NCBI GenBank assembly: GCA_944368215.1
Contig: CALVWX010000005.1
Coordinates: forward strand, 32,481-96,480
Reading direction: 5' to 3'
Origin: an uncultured Clostridia bacterium
Lineage (GTDB): Bacteria > Bacillota > Clostridia > Christensenellales > Borkfalkiaceae
Length of the DNA stretch: 64,000 nt
In this document: one piece after another, positions 1 through 10,022 of the stretch
Position numbering within the stretch: the stretch's first letter is position 1
Layout of the letters: each line of letters begins with the position of its first letter
Translations under genes and position numbers: made by a program
Notes under the pieces: generated by a model
The model's database searches: none
What the model was told of the DNA's origin: nothing
The model's input: only the letters and a program-made list of their open reading frames with translations

Positions 1-1
1 C

Positions 2-1450
2 ACGCAGCGTTATAACTCCATCGCGGCGGAAATCCCACTCGGCAGTGATTATTCGGGATATGTCTATACAACCATCTATCCCGAAGGCGTAATTTCCCAA
101 AGCGACTACGACGCCCTTTCAGAAGAGGACAAGTCCTCTTATCAGCAGCACGGCGGCGTTTACGTATCCGTCGAAAACAGCGATTACGACGATATCGATT
201 CGCTCTCCGCGGCGGTGGCAAACGATGCCGGCGTCCTCTCCAAAAGGTTTGCCGACAGGGGCCTCTCCGATTATTCGGTAACCGTGCGCGACGGCTTGAG
301 TATAACCGCGGCCGTCCCCTCGGCCTACAGCTATTCGGAATATAAGGGCAACAATTCCTCCGGCCGTTCGGACGCGCTCTCTCTCGCTGCCAACACGCTC
401 GGATATCTGCTCGCCGACGGCGAACTTACGCTGCGCACCACAGATACGAGTATAACGCTCGGCGAGGACGACAGCAGCACAACTTACGACACGACCCGCT
501 TTGCCGACGAATACACCGACGCCGACATCCTCGGCGACGGCTCGGCGACATATCCTTTCGTCGGCGCAAGCGAAAACGCCGCCGATTACTTCTCGTCCGT
601 TTCGGCATACTCATTCGGCGGTTCAAACGTTTTAAGCTTCAGTCTCACGTCGTACGGCCGCGAGCGCATGCGTTACATTTCGTCCATCGCCGCATCTTCC
701 GATAGTCAGGTCATCTATATGTGCGTCGGCGATACCCAGATAATCGCCATAACCTGCACCTCGACGATAGATTCGGACAGCATGCAGTTCTCCATGAACA
801 CGCTGTCTGCGGCAAGGGACGCGGCAACCGTCCTCAATTCCGTCGTCGGCGGCGGTACGCTGTCTGCGGCATACCAGCCTCTCGGCTCTGCCCTGTCTTC
901 AACGGCGGCCGGCGGCGAAAACGCTGCGCTCATGGCGTTCATCGCATGCATAGTCGTGCTCGCCGCGCTGTGCGTCGCCGCTATAATCAAATACAAAAAA
1001 CTCGGCGGAGTGCTTTCGCTCTCCTTCATAATACTTTCGCTCGTAATGCTCTACGCGCTCTATATTCTCGCTGTCCAGACCACGTTTGCGGTTCTCGCGA
1101 CGTGCGCCGTTCTTCTCATCGTCTTTGCGGCGGCAAACCTCTTCACTTTGAACGAAGTGCGCGCCCAGTGCAAAACGGGTAAGACCATGCAGGCGTCCGT
1201 TAAAGCCGCCTACAAGCGCACGTGGCTCGGCGTTCTCGATGCTCACGTAGTAATGCTGGTTGCGGCAATACTGCTCGCAACCGTGGCCATCGGCGATGCC
1301 GCGGCCTGCGGCCTCATCGCGGTCGTCGGAACAATCGCTTCCTACGCACTGTGGTGGTTCACAAGACTTATGTGGCACGTATGCAGCGCGCCCCAGCGCA
1401 ACAAGTTTGCCTTCGGCGGATTCAAAAGGGAGGTGTACGGCGATGACTAA
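2..1450 (+). CDS. secD: Protein translocase subunit SecD (5' end lies outside the window)
   Basis: The frame is open from nt 2, so the track start at 215 is an internal GTG. The C-terminal cluster of TM helices (AALMAFIACIVVLAALCVAAI, LVMLYALYILAV, VVMLVAAILLATVAIG) is typical of the SecD/SecF core. It overlaps secF by 8 nt. Confidence 0.8.
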   Translation, partial: TQRYNSIAAEIPLGSDYSGYVYTTIYPEGVISQSDYDALSEEDKSSYQQHGGVYVSVENSDYDDIDSLSAAVANDAGVLSKRFADRGLSDYSVTVRDGLSITAAVPSAYSYSEYKGNNSSGRSDALSLAANTLGYLLADGELTLRTTDTSITLGEDDSSTTYDTTRFADEYTDADILGDGSATYPFVGASENAADYFSSVSAYSFGGSNVLSFSLTSYGRERMRYISSIAASSDSQVIYMCVGDTQIIAITCTSTIDSDSMQFSMNTLSAARDAATVLNSVVGGGTLSAAYQPLGSALSSTAAGGENAALMAFIACIVVLAALCVAAIIKYKKLGGVLSLSFIILSLVMLYALYILAVQTTFAVLATCAVLLIVFAAANLFTLNEVRAQCKTGKTMQASVKAAYKRTWLGVLDAHVVMLVAAILLATVAIGDAAACGLIAVVGTIASYALWWFTRLMWHVCSAPQRNKFAFGGFKREVYGDD

Positions 1451-2384
1451 GTCAGTTAAACTGCGCCATATCGCAGTAATCGTAACCGTAATAATTGTGG
1501 CCATAGGCATGGCCGTCGGCACCATCTGCCATTTCCTTGCGGGCGGATTCTTCAACTACGGCGACGAGTTCGCCTCGTACAAGAGCGTGGAGGTAACCAC
1601 CTCCGTTCCCGAAGACCCCTCCGGCGAAACTCTTCAGACAATCGCTTCCGAAGAACTTTCATCCCTCGGCGCATACGAAGTCAGCTTCTCGCGCGGCACG
1701 GGCTATGTCCCCAACACTGTCGTTTATAAGTTCTATACGTCCGTAGACGACGCCGCTATTTCCGACGCCGTTTCGGCTATACAGTCGCGCTTTTCTCAGG
1801 CCGGCTTCGAAGATTCTTACGTAACTTCTCATGTCAACGACGGCGTGGCGGAGGGAGTATGGCAGCTCAACTATGTCGCCATAGCTCTCGCCTCGGCGGC
1901 AGTGTTCCAGGCCATCTACTTTGCAATCAGGTTCAAACCCGGCATGGCGCTCTCCGCGCTTTTAACGCAGCTCGCCGCGGCAGGTCTGTATGCTTCGCTG
2001 CTCGCAATCACCCGCTGTCCCGTCGGGCTCGAAGCCATCGCATTCGCTGCCGTTGCGGCAATAATCGCAATGATATGCAACGGCATATTCTTTGACCGCG
2101 TCAAAAAGTCCTTTAAGGACGAAGCCAACGCAAAGGCCCAGACGCTCGGCCTCGTCTCCGAAGGCGCGCGTTCAACCTTTAAAATCAGCGCCTTCGCGTG
2201 CATAGCGGCCCTCGCGGCAGTCGTAATATTCGGCGTGTTCGCCGTAATCGCGTCGCCCGCCCTCGCAACGCTCGCGCCCTTCGCGGCCTGCGCGCTCGCT
2301 GTAGTGGCCTGCGCATACTCTGTAGGCATGTTCACGCCGGCCTCCTATTCGCTCGTTTGCGGCATGGACAGGCGCGCAAAATAA
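1443..2384 (+). CDS. secF: Protein translocase subunit SecF
   Basis: ATG at 1443 (MTKSVKLRHIAVIVTVIIVAIG). The first 61 aa of track ORF 1260..2384 are an Arg/Pro-rich out-of-frame read of secD. Layout is an N-terminal TM, a loop domain and a C-terminal multi-TM core, directly after secD. Confidence 0.85.
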   Translation: MTKSVKLRHIAVIVTVIIVAIGMAVGTICHFLAGGFFNYGDEFASYKSVEVTTSVPEDPSGETLQTIASEELSSLGAYEVSFSRGTGYVPNTVVYKFYTSVDDAAISDAVSAIQSRFSQAGFEDSYVTSHVNDGVAEGVWQLNYVAIALASAAVFQAIYFAIRFKPGMALSALLTQLAAAGLYASLLAITRCPVGLEAIAFAAVAAIIAMICNGIFFDRVKKSFKDEANAKAQTLGLVSEGARSTFKISAFACIAALAAVVIFGVFAVIASPALATLAPFAACALAVVACAYSVGMFTPASYSLVCGMDRRAK

Positions 2385-2398
2385 TTTAACTTAAAAAA

Positions 2399-2425
2399 GG
2401 CGGGTAGACTTACCCGCCCTTTTTT
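2399..2425 (+). terminator. Rho-independent terminator after secF
   Basis: GGCGGGTA-GACT-TACCCGCC stem-loop followed by CTTTTTT. Confidence 0.85.
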
Positions 2426-2480
2426 GCATTATAAAAGCAAAGTTTAATTTAAAAAAAAGCGTTTATACAATTAATAAACA

Positions 2481-4799
2481 ATGAAAAAAATCATTCCCGA
2501 GTGCGAATACTCGCCCGAACAACTAAATAAAATCGGCGAACTGGCCTCGCGCACGGGACTTTGCACCGATACCGTAAAAATTCTGTACGGCAGGGGCATA
2601 GACGACGAACAAAAAATTTCCGCCTTTCTGCACCCTTCCAAAAAGCATTTCATATCGCCTCTTAAAATGAGCGGTATGAAGGAGGCTGTCTCTCTCATCA
2701 CCCGCGCCCGCGACGAAGGCTGGCAGGTCGTCGTCTACGGCGACTACGACGCCGACGGAATATGCGCCTCCACGATAATGCGCGGCGTGCTCTCCGATTT
2801 CGGCATAGACCCCGTAGTATATGTCCCCGAACGCTCTTCGGGCTACGGCCTCGGCACTCAGGCGATAGACGAAATTTTCGAAGAATACTTCCCCCAGCTC
2901 TTCATCACCGTCGACTGCGGCATCTCCAACGCGGAGGAGGTGGAGTATATAAAGGAGCAGGGCGCCGAAGTCATCGTCACCGACCACCACGAACTCCCCT
3001 CAACCATTCCCGACTGCATATGCGTCAATCCCAAAATTGCCGACGATTACCCTTACGACAATCTCTGCGGCGCTGGCGTCGCATTCAAGGTCGGCTGCGC
3101 GCTGCTCGGCGAAGATGCCTATAAATATCTCGATTTCGCCGCCATCGCCACCGTTGCGGACAGCGTTCCCCTCGTCGGCGAAAACCGCGACATCGTCGCC
3201 GAAGGTCTGCGCATAATCAACAAGTCGGATAAAAAGCCTTATTCGGCCTTTCTCGGCAAAGCGGGCGAAAGCGTCACCGCCCAGACCATAGCCTTTTCCG
3301 TCGCACCCAAAATCAATGCGGCTGGCAGAATGGGCGACGCCAACGCCGCCTTGAAGCTCTTTTGTGCGGAGGACGAAAAGGACGTCTTCGACCTGTCCGT
3401 CAAACTTACGGCATACAACGCCGAGCGGCAGAAGTGCTGCGACGAATTGTACCTCTCCGCAAAGGCAAAACTCAATAAGGAGGGCGCCCTCGGCCGCGTC
3501 ATAATGCTGCACGACGAAAGCTGGAACACGGGTTTCGTCGGCATAGTAGCTGCGCGCCTCGCCGAAGAATACGCCCGCCCCGCCTTGCTTTTCGTAAAAA
3601 ACGGCGACATGCTCAAGGGCTCCGCGCGCTCGGTAGAATCGATAAATATCTTCGAAGCGTTAAAGGCCTGCGAAAGCTTAATCGCCGAATTCGGCGGTCA
3701 CTCCCAGGCGGCCGGCGTCAACGTCGCGGACGAAAATTTCGAACCGTTAAAGGCCGCGCTCAACAGCTGGCTTGACGAACATTACCCCGTCGGCGCCTTC
3801 ACGCCCACGCTGTACGTCAGCGGAGAGCTCTCGGGTCCCGCCTCGCAGAAGTTCGCTCACGAGCTCGAAATGCTCGAACCCTTCGGCGTCGGTTTCAAGC
3901 GCCCGCTGTTCTGTCTCTCGGTCGGCCAATGTCAGGTCCGCCCCGTCAAGCCCCTTTCGCCGCACCTCGCGGTCAAATGTCCCTACCTCGATTTAATGTA
4001 CTTCAACGGCGCGCAGTACTCGCGCATACTCATGTCCGAAGTGCCCAAAAAGCTGGTGTTCGAATACAACGTATCCACATTCAGGGGCAGGGAATACGTA
4101 AAGGGTTTCGTGCGCGACGTGGTGTACAAGCGCGAAAGCGCCGCCTTTGCCCTTCCCGAAATAGCCGCTAACGACTTAGAGCTCGCCGCGCTTCCGCCCG
4201 TCGACTGCAAAATTAACGCAATCACAAAGGGACAGGCGGAGGAGACCATACAAAACTGCGGCTACTACGGCACGCTGTTCGTGGCTTTCAGCTATTCAAC
4301 TCTCGCCCGCTACAGCGGCATCGAAAAACTCGAACTCAACCTGTTCACCCTTTCAAATAAAAATATCGCGTCCTGCATACTCCTGTCCCCGCAGGCCGAC
4401 TGCGACCTTTCGGGTTATACCCGCATAGTCTTTCTCGACCGCCCCGCCGCGGTCACGCTGCCCTCTCTCGACGGCAAAGAGGTAGATATATGCCCCGATT
4501 ACGACGGTTTCAGCGCCTTGGACGACCTTCTCGCCCAAAGGGACGAACTTTTAAAAACCTTCAAAGTGCTCGCGGCCAATTCCTGCAATATCGAAGGTTC
4601 CACCGCGCAGGAGGCGGCGCAAAAAAACAATCTCGCCGGCACGCCTTTGCAGGCGCACTTCGCCCTGAAAGTGTTCGAGCAGTTAAAACTAATCTCCTTC
4701 GAAGGCGGCCGCCTCACCGTCTACCGCGGCGTGCGCACCGACCTTTCCAATTCGCCTCTGTACAACCTTATCAGGAAGTTGAACGGAAACGTTCAATAA
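2481..4799 (+). CDS. recJ: Single-stranded-DNA-specific exonuclease RecJ
   Basis: 772 aa with DHH-family motifs (VVVYGDYDADGICAS, VIVTDHHE) and a DHHA1-like GGHSQAAG. Fits secDF-recJ-relA synteny. Confidence 0.9.
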   Translation: MKKIIPECEYSPEQLNKIGELASRTGLCTDTVKILYGRGIDDEQKISAFLHPSKKHFISPLKMSGMKEAVSLITRARDEGWQVVVYGDYDADGICASTIMRGVLSDFGIDPVVYVPERSSGYGLGTQAIDEIFEEYFPQLFITVDCGISNAEEVEYIKEQGAEVIVTDHHELPSTIPDCICVNPKIADDYPYDNLCGAGVAFKVGCALLGEDAYKYLDFAAIATVADSVPLVGENRDIVAEGLRIINKSDKKPYSAFLGKAGESVTAQTIAFSVAPKINAAGRMGDANAALKLFCAEDEKDVFDLSVKLTAYNAERQKCCDELYLSAKAKLNKEGALGRVIMLHDESWNTGFVGIVAARLAEEYARPALLFVKNGDMLKGSARSVESINIFEALKACESLIAEFGGHSQAAGVNVADENFEPLKAALNSWLDEHYPVGAFTPTLYVSGELSGPASQKFAHELEMLEPFGVGFKRPLFCLSVGQCQVRPVKPLSPHLAVKCPYLDLMYFNGAQYSRILMSEVPKKLVFEYNVSTFRGREYVKGFVRDVVYKRESAAFALPEIAANDLELAALPPVDCKINAITKGQAEETIQNCGYYGTLFVAFSYSTLARYSGIEKLELNLFTLSNKNIASCILLSPQADCDLSGYTRIVFLDRPAAVTLPSLDGKEVDICPDYDGFSALDDLLAQRDELLKTFKVLAANSCNIEGSTAQEAAQKNNLAGTPLQAHFALKVFEQLKLISFEGGRLTVYRGVRTDLSNSPLYNLIRKLNGNVQ

Positions 4800-4800
4800 T

Positions 4801-4851
4801 GAATTGAACGCGCAGCCAATTTAAAAAAGCGCCAAGCGCTTTCAATTCATT
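4801..4851 (+). terminator. Possible compound hairpin/terminator after recJ
   Basis: Inverted repeat GAATTGAA...TTCAATTC encloses a small AGCGC-CAA-GCGCT hairpin. It is followed by T-rich sequence but has no clean T-run. Confidence 0.35.
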
Positions 4852-4887
4852 TCAATTTGTCTATAAACAAAATATTTGTAAACCACC

Positions 4888-7020
4888 ATGAAGACTGTAC
4901 TGGACAAAATCAACGAAAACTACGGCGAAGCCGACCGGCAAATCCTCTTAAAGGCGTACCACTATGCCGAGGAAATGCACAAAAACCAGAAGCGCGCCTC
5001 TGGCGAGCCATATTTCACCCACCCCTGCGCCGTCGCGGAAATTTTAGTCGACCTCGGCATGGACACTCCGTCCGTCGCCGCGGCTTTTCTGCATGACGTC
5101 ATAGAGGACACGCCCGCCACGGCGGACGATATCAAAAAGAACTTCGGCGACGAAATTTTAACGCTCGTCGAAGGCGTAACAAAACTCGATAAAATCCGCT
5201 TTCAGACGAGGGAAGAGGAGGATGCCGAAAATTTCCGCAAAATTTTCGTCGCCATGGCCAACGACGTGCGCGTAATCATCATAAAGCTCGCCGACCGTCT
5301 GCACAACATGCGCTCTTTGAATTTCCTCTCGCACGAGCGCCAGCAGCGCATCGCGCGCGAAACGCTCGACATTTTCACCCCCCTCGCGGGCAGACTGGGT
5401 ATTTCGCAGATAAAGTGCGAGCTCGAAGATTTGTGCCTCAAATATCTCGACCCCGAAGCGTATGAATACCTCGCCGCAAACATTCACCAGCGGTTGGAAG
5501 AACGCCGCAACTTCGTCGACCTCGTCGTCGCGCAGCTGCAGGAAATGCTCAGGGAAGACAATATTCAGGGCGAAGTTTTCGGCCGGCCCAAACACTTTTA
5601 TTCCATCTACCGCAAGATGAAGAATAAGGGCCTCACGCTCGACCAGATTTACGATTTAACGGCCGTGCGCGTCATCGTCAACACCACCGAGGAATGTTAC
5701 GAAGTCCTCGGCAAAATCCACAAGCGCTGGAAGCCCGTCCCCGGGCGCATAAAGGACTACATCGCCACGCCCAAGCGCAACATGTACCAGTCGCTCCACA
5801 CCACCGTCGTAACCAACTTCGGCCAGTACTTCGAAATTCAGATAAGAACATTCGAAATGCACAAAATGGCCGAATACGGTATCGCCGCGCACTGGAAGTA
5901 CAAGGAGCAGAAGACCAACGAAAACACCTTCGATCAGCGTCTCAGCTGGATACGCGACGTAATGGACTGGCAGGGTTCATTGAACGATTCCAAGGAATTT
6001 GTCGACAGCTTAAAAAACGACCTTTATTCCAACGAACTTCTCGTGTTCACACCCCACGGCAAAGTAATTTCCCTGCCCCTCGGGGCCACGCCCGTGGATT
6101 TTGCCTACGCCATTCACTCCGAAGTCGGCAACAAGTGCGTCGGCGCAAAAGTAAACGGCAAAATCGTCCCCCTGAATTCAACTTTAAAGACGGGCGACGT
6201 CGTCGAAATTCTCACCTCAACCACGACAAAGGGCCCTTCGTGGGACTGGCTCAAGTTCGTAAAGTCGGGCTCGGCCAAGGCCAAAATCCGCCAGTTCTTC
6301 AAAAAGGAGATGAAGGAGGAAAACGCCAAAACGGGCCGCGCCATGCTGGAGGCCGAAGCCAAGCGCAGGGGATATTCCCTCAACGACCTTTTAACCGAAG
6401 AATCCTTCAAAAAGCTCTCCAATAAGCTCGTTTTCGCCAACGTGGACGAAATGATGGCCTCCGTCGGCTACGGTGCCGTCTCCGTCAACCAGATAATTTA
6501 TAAATTAATCGACTATTACAAAAAGGAAATCCCCAAGCCCGTCGAAGCGCTGGATACGGCAAAGCTCAATCACACGCCCGCAGGTTCCGTCACCGTCAAG
6601 GATATGTCGGGGCTTTTGGTGCGGTTCGCGCATTGTTGCAACCCCGTTCCGGGCGACAAAATAGTCGGTTTCGTCTCCCGCGGCCGCGGCGTCATCATTC
6701 ACCGCGCCGACTGCCCCAACGTCAAAGAGCTCGAAAGCGACCGCATTCAGCCCGCCGAATGGACGGGGCAGACCGAAACGGGCTTCGTCGCGGGCATAAA
6801 AATTCTCGCCACGGACGACAGCGGCATAACCGCCTTCATCACGTCGGAAATCGCGCAGATGCAGCTCACCATGACACAGATAAACGGCCGCGTCGGCAAG
6901 GACGGCAAGGCCCACTTCGATATCAACGTAAAGCTCAATAAGCGCTCCGACCTCGAAGTCCTCATAAAACATTTAAAGAAGGACAGGCGCATTATCGACG
7001 TATACAGGACATCAAATTAA
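4888..7020 (+). CDS. relA: Bifunctional (p)ppGpp synthetase/hydrolase, RelA/SpoT homologue
   Basis: 710 aa with an HD hydrolase region (HPCAVAEIL, FLHDVIEDT) and a synthetase region (RPKHFYSIYRKM, DLTAVRVIV, YIATPKRNMYQSLHT). The C-terminal parts look TGS- and ACT-like. Confidence 0.92.
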   Translation: MKTVLDKINENYGEADRQILLKAYHYAEEMHKNQKRASGEPYFTHPCAVAEILVDLGMDTPSVAAAFLHDVIEDTPATADDIKKNFGDEILTLVEGVTKLDKIRFQTREEEDAENFRKIFVAMANDVRVIIIKLADRLHNMRSLNFLSHERQQRIARETLDIFTPLAGRLGISQIKCELEDLCLKYLDPEAYEYLAANIHQRLEERRNFVDLVVAQLQEMLREDNIQGEVFGRPKHFYSIYRKMKNKGLTLDQIYDLTAVRVIVNTTEECYEVLGKIHKRWKPVPGRIKDYIATPKRNMYQSLHTTVVTNFGQYFEIQIRTFEMHKMAEYGIAAHWKYKEQKTNENTFDQRLSWIRDVMDWQGSLNDSKEFVDSLKNDLYSNELLVFTPHGKVISLPLGATPVDFAYAIHSEVGNKCVGAKVNGKIVPLNSTLKTGDVVEILTSTTTKGPSWDWLKFVKSGSAKAKIRQFFKKEMKEENAKTGRAMLEAEAKRRGYSLNDLLTEESFKKLSNKLVFANVDEMMASVGYGAVSVNQIIYKLIDYYKKEIPKPVEALDTAKLNHTPAGSVTVKDMSGLLVRFAHCCNPVPGDKIVGFVSRGRGVIIHRADCPNVKELESDRIQPAEWTGQTETGFVAGIKILATDDSGITAFITSEIAQMQLTMTQINGRVGKDGKAHFDINVKLNKRSDLEVLIKHLKKDRRIIDVYRTSN

Positions 7021-7112
7021 TGCCTGTTAACGCAAGTTGTGCATAAGCGCCAATGCGCCGTTGTTCAAGGCAAATAAGCGGTGGGGGGGGGATAATTGCC
7101 TTATTTCAATGT

Positions 7113-7157
7113 CAGACAAGATTTTTCGAGTTCGCCTGCGGCTTCGCTCAGAATGAC
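7113..7157. repeat. Family A palindromic repeat, right-arm fragment
   Basis: GACAAGATTTTTCGAG...TTCGCTCAGAATGAC matches the right arm (GCAAGATCTTTCGAC...GCGCTCAAGATGAC) of the full copies. Confidence 0.6.
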
Positions 7158-7212
7158 AATGGTCCCCACCCGCCCACCCTTATTATGTGCTGCGCGCAAA
7201 TATTTCTCCACC

Positions 7213-7260
7213 CTGTCATTTCGACCGAAGCGAACAAAGGTGCGCGAAGCGGAGAAATCT
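7213..7260. repeat. Family A-related short repeat (GTCATTTCGAC variant)
   Basis: CCTGTCATTTCGACCGAAGCG...GGAGAAATC. The same CCCTGTCATTTCGACC start recurs at 13276-13290. Confidence 0.5.
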
Positions 7261-7318
7261 ATCAGTTACGTATTTCCCCGCGCAAAACCAAAGTTTTGCG
7301 CATATATCTCGCCCAAGT

Positions 7319-7448
7319 GTCATACTGAGCGGAGTACCCACAGGGTACGCAGTCGAATGTATCTTGCCCGATATGTAATCAAACAAGCTCCTTCGGCTCA
7401 GTTCGCGTTGTTCGCTGCTCTTAGGAAGACGGAGGAACCCGCCCACCC
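7319..7448. repeat. Family A palindromic MITE-like repeat, full copy
   Basis: GTCATACTGAGCGGAG...GCAGTCGAATGTATCTTGCC...loop...CTCCTTCGGCTC...CGCTGCTCTTAGGAAGAC, then a CCCGCCCACCC tail. It is near-identical in its left arm to copies at 22838 and 59633. Confidence 0.8.
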
Positions 7449-7477
7449 GTCCTATTTATTAATTTCTGAATTTAACT

Positions 7478-8083
7478 ATGCAAATTTACAAAATTTATCC
7501 CGTCGGCTTTGCCGCAAACAGCTACATTTTAACGTCGGATGGCAAAACGTGCATCGTAATAGATCCCGCCCAGCCCCGCATCGCGGAGGAATGCAAAAAA
7601 AGGGGATTGACCCCGCAATATGCCCTGCTCACGCACTGCCATTACGACCATATCGGCGGTTGCGGCGCGCTCTTTGACGAAGGCTGCAAAATACTCTGCG
7701 GCGAGGCCGAAAAGGACCTCATCTTCGGCGACGACAACCGCGCCATTTTCCACGGCATAACAATTCCTCATTTCGAACTTTCCAAAACTCTCAAAGACGG
7801 GGAGGAGGTTACGCTGTGCGGTATAACCTTTAAGGCTGTCGCCACGCCCGGCCACACGCGCGGCGGCATGTGCTATGTCGCGGGCGGCACAATCTTTTCG
7901 GGCGACACGCTCTTTTGCCGCAGCATAGGCCGCACCGATTTTGCCACCAGCTCGTACCCCGCCATAGTGCAGTCGGTTAAAAAGCTCTATGCGCTCCCCG
8001 GCGATTATACCGTCATGTGCGGCCACGGCGAGGACACTACTTTAAACGCCGAAAGGCGGTTCAATCCCTATGTTAAAAACTAA
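7478..8083 (+). CDS. MBL-fold metallo-hydrolase
   Basis: 201 aa with the HxHxDH motif (LTHCHYDHIGG) and a downstream TPGHTRGG motif. Confidence 0.85.
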   Translation: MQIYKIYPVGFAANSYILTSDGKTCIVIDPAQPRIAEECKKRGLTPQYALLTHCHYDHIGGCGALFDEGCKILCGEAEKDLIFGDDNRAIFHGITIPHFELSKTLKDGEEVTLCGITFKAVATPGHTRGGMCYVAGGTIFSGDTLFCRSIGRTDFATSSYPAIVQSVKKLYALPGDYTVMCGHGEDTTLNAERRFNPYVKN

Positions 8084-9443
8084 TACCCAATGGCTTGCGC
8101 CCGAAATAATGGATGTCATCCGCCTCTTCGACTGCGAAGAAGAGCATTTCACCCATTATTTTTATTTTACCGACGGCCGCAATTATATAAACTGCATCGA
8201 ATATATGGGGGAGATAACCGATTTTTCCTATACCTGCCCCACAAAGGACGATATAGAATACAAGCGCTACGCAAAGCGCTCTGCCAAGCTCGCCTTTTAC
8301 GAACTTCTGTCCTCGGCCAAGGGCAAAACTTTCCCCTACGGCGCGCTCACGGGCATACGCCCCACCAAACTCGCCTATATGGAAACGGACGAAGGCCGCG
8401 ATTTTAAAGAGCTTTTCAGCCGCATGCATGTCGACGGGCGCAATATCGATTTCGTCGGCAAAGTAATCGAGGTGCAGCGCCCCTTTTACCAGAGAAAGGG
8501 CGGGCAGGAGCTCTTTATTTCACTGCCGTTCTGCCCCACAAAGTGCCGCTATTGCTCGTTCATAACCGCGCCGATTTCTGCAACAAAACAGTATGTAGAC
8601 CCATATATATCCTGCGTCGAACGCGAAATTGCCTCGCTTAAACCGATACTTCGCGACGTGCGCTCGGTATATATCGGCGGCGGCACGCCGTTCGCGGTCG
8701 AGCCTGAACAGTTGGAGCGCATATATGCCGCAGTCAAGGCCCTCAACCTCCCCGATTGCGAATACACGGTGGAGGCGGGCAGACCCGATGTTTTCACCGA
8801 CGAAAAACTCCGCCTCTCAAAGCAGTACGGCGTAAACCGCGTATGCGTCAATCCGCAGACCTTCTCCGACGAAACTCTGCAAAAAATGGGCCGTAGGCAT
8901 ACCGCCGCGCAGGTTTACGAAGCTTACGCCGCCGCGCGCAAATACGGCTTCGACATAAATATCGATTTAATAGCCGGGCTCGAGGACGAAACGCCCGAAG
9001 ATTTCGAACATTCCCTGCGCTGTGCCATAGAGCTTCGCCCCGCAAACATAACCGTCCACACGCTTTCGCTCAAAGCGGGCGCAAAACTCAAGGAGGAGAC
9101 CCGCCGCCTTCACGTCGGGGGCATCGGCAGAATGATAGCCCTTTCGCGCGAACTTCTCACCGCCGCCGGATATCAGCCCTATTACATGTACCGCCAGAAG
9201 TATCAGGCTGGCGGGCACGAAAACTGTGGCTGGGCGCTGCCCGGCAAGGCCTGCGCCTATAACATAGGCGTCATGGAGGAAATATCCGATAATATCGCCG
9301 TCGGCGCCAACGCCATATCAAAGCGCGTCTTCGCCGAAGAGGGCCGCATAGAGCGCCTCGCCTCTCCCAAGGATTTGTCCACATACATAAACAAGTGCGA
9401 CAAAATAATCGCCGACCGCCTGAAACTTTTCGGCGAAGATTAA
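8070..9443 (+). CDS. hemZ: Radical SAM HemN/HemZ-family protein (coproporphyrinogen dehydrogenase-like)
   Basis: 457 aa with a CxxxCxxC radical SAM motif (CPTKCRYCSF). The motif is preceded by a ~150-aa N-terminal extension, as in HemZ. It overlaps the MBL gene by 14 nt. Confidence 0.75.
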   Translation: MLKTNTQWLAPEIMDVIRLFDCEEEHFTHYFYFTDGRNYINCIEYMGEITDFSYTCPTKDDIEYKRYAKRSAKLAFYELLSSAKGKTFPYGALTGIRPTKLAYMETDEGRDFKELFSRMHVDGRNIDFVGKVIEVQRPFYQRKGGQELFISLPFCPTKCRYCSFITAPISATKQYVDPYISCVEREIASLKPILRDVRSVYIGGGTPFAVEPEQLERIYAAVKALNLPDCEYTVEAGRPDVFTDEKLRLSKQYGVNRVCVNPQTFSDETLQKMGRRHTAAQVYEAYAAARKYGFDINIDLIAGLEDETPEDFEHSLRCAIELRPANITVHTLSLKAGAKLKEETRRLHVGGIGRMIALSRELLTAAGYQPYYMYRQKYQAGGHENCGWALPGKACAYNIGVMEEISDNIAVGANAISKRVFAEEGRIERLASPKDLSTYINKCDKIIADRLKLFGED

Positions 9444-9456
9444 AAATATGAAAATT

Positions 9457-9487
9457 GCCGCCGCAGATAATATCTGCGGCGGCTTTC
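9457..9487 (+). terminator. Terminator after hemZ
   Basis: GCCGCCGCAGATA-A-TATCTGCGGCGGC stem followed by TTTC. Confidence 0.7.
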
Positions 9488-9691
9488 AATTTCCCCTTGC
9501 ATTCATTTTTATGGAGCGTATTTTACAAAGGGATTTTGATGGGCAATTTATTCTTTGATTTTAAACGCATGGTTTTTGCTTGTTTTGCACCCCGTTGTTT
9601 AATTTAATTATAAACGGCCAAACTCTGTTTGTCAACAAAATCACTATTTTAACACAGATATTGCAGTGGTGATTTTTGATAAGATAAAGCC

Positions 9692-9940
9692 ATGCTGTTA
9701 AACGAACTCGTAGCCGAAAAACTTGAAACGTTGCGCAAAGAGCGCAAAATGGGGGTGTACACTCTGTGCAATAAAGCGGCAATTTCTTACGAAACTTACC
9801 GCGGCATACGCATGAAGAAGAATAAGGATATTTATCTGCGCACCCTCCTTATCCTGCTTCGCGCCCTTAATGTCACGCCCGAAGAATTTTTCTCCGACCC
9901 GCGCTTTCAGGACGACGAGCTCGAGATAGATTTTAAATGA
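9692..9940 (+). CDS. XRE-family helix-turn-helix protein
   Basis: 82 aa. The pattern LRKERKMGVYTLCNKAAISYETYRGI...LLILLRALNVTPEEFF is the typical HTH_3 layout. Confidence 0.7.
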   Translation: MLLNELVAEKLETLRKERKMGVYTLCNKAAISYETYRGIRMKKNKDIYLRTLLILLRALNVTPEEFFSDPRFQDDELEIDFK

Positions 9941-9987
9941 GCTGTGCTTTTTCGCCGCTCCGCACCGCGGCGTACGCCCGTAAAGTA

Positions 9988-10016
9988 TTGACTTTTGACC
10001 GCTGAAATATTAAAAT
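9988..10016 (+). promoter_or_regulatory. Sigma-A-type promoter directly abutting ORF 10023
   Basis: TTGACT(9988-9993)-17 nt-TAAAAT(10011-10016). Only 6 nt separate the -10 from the ATG at 10023 and there is no SD. Confidence 0.5.
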
Positions 10017-10022
10017 TATGTC

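Noticed and set aside
7096-7677. 193-aa ORF (and 7053..7328, 7187..7378, 7216..7446) in the relA-MBL gap
   Set aside because: These are entirely translations of Family A repeats and their flanks. The same pseudo-peptides (e.g. ...YLARYV..QxPSAxFAL...) reappear wherever the repeat occurs (22855-23007). No SD is present.
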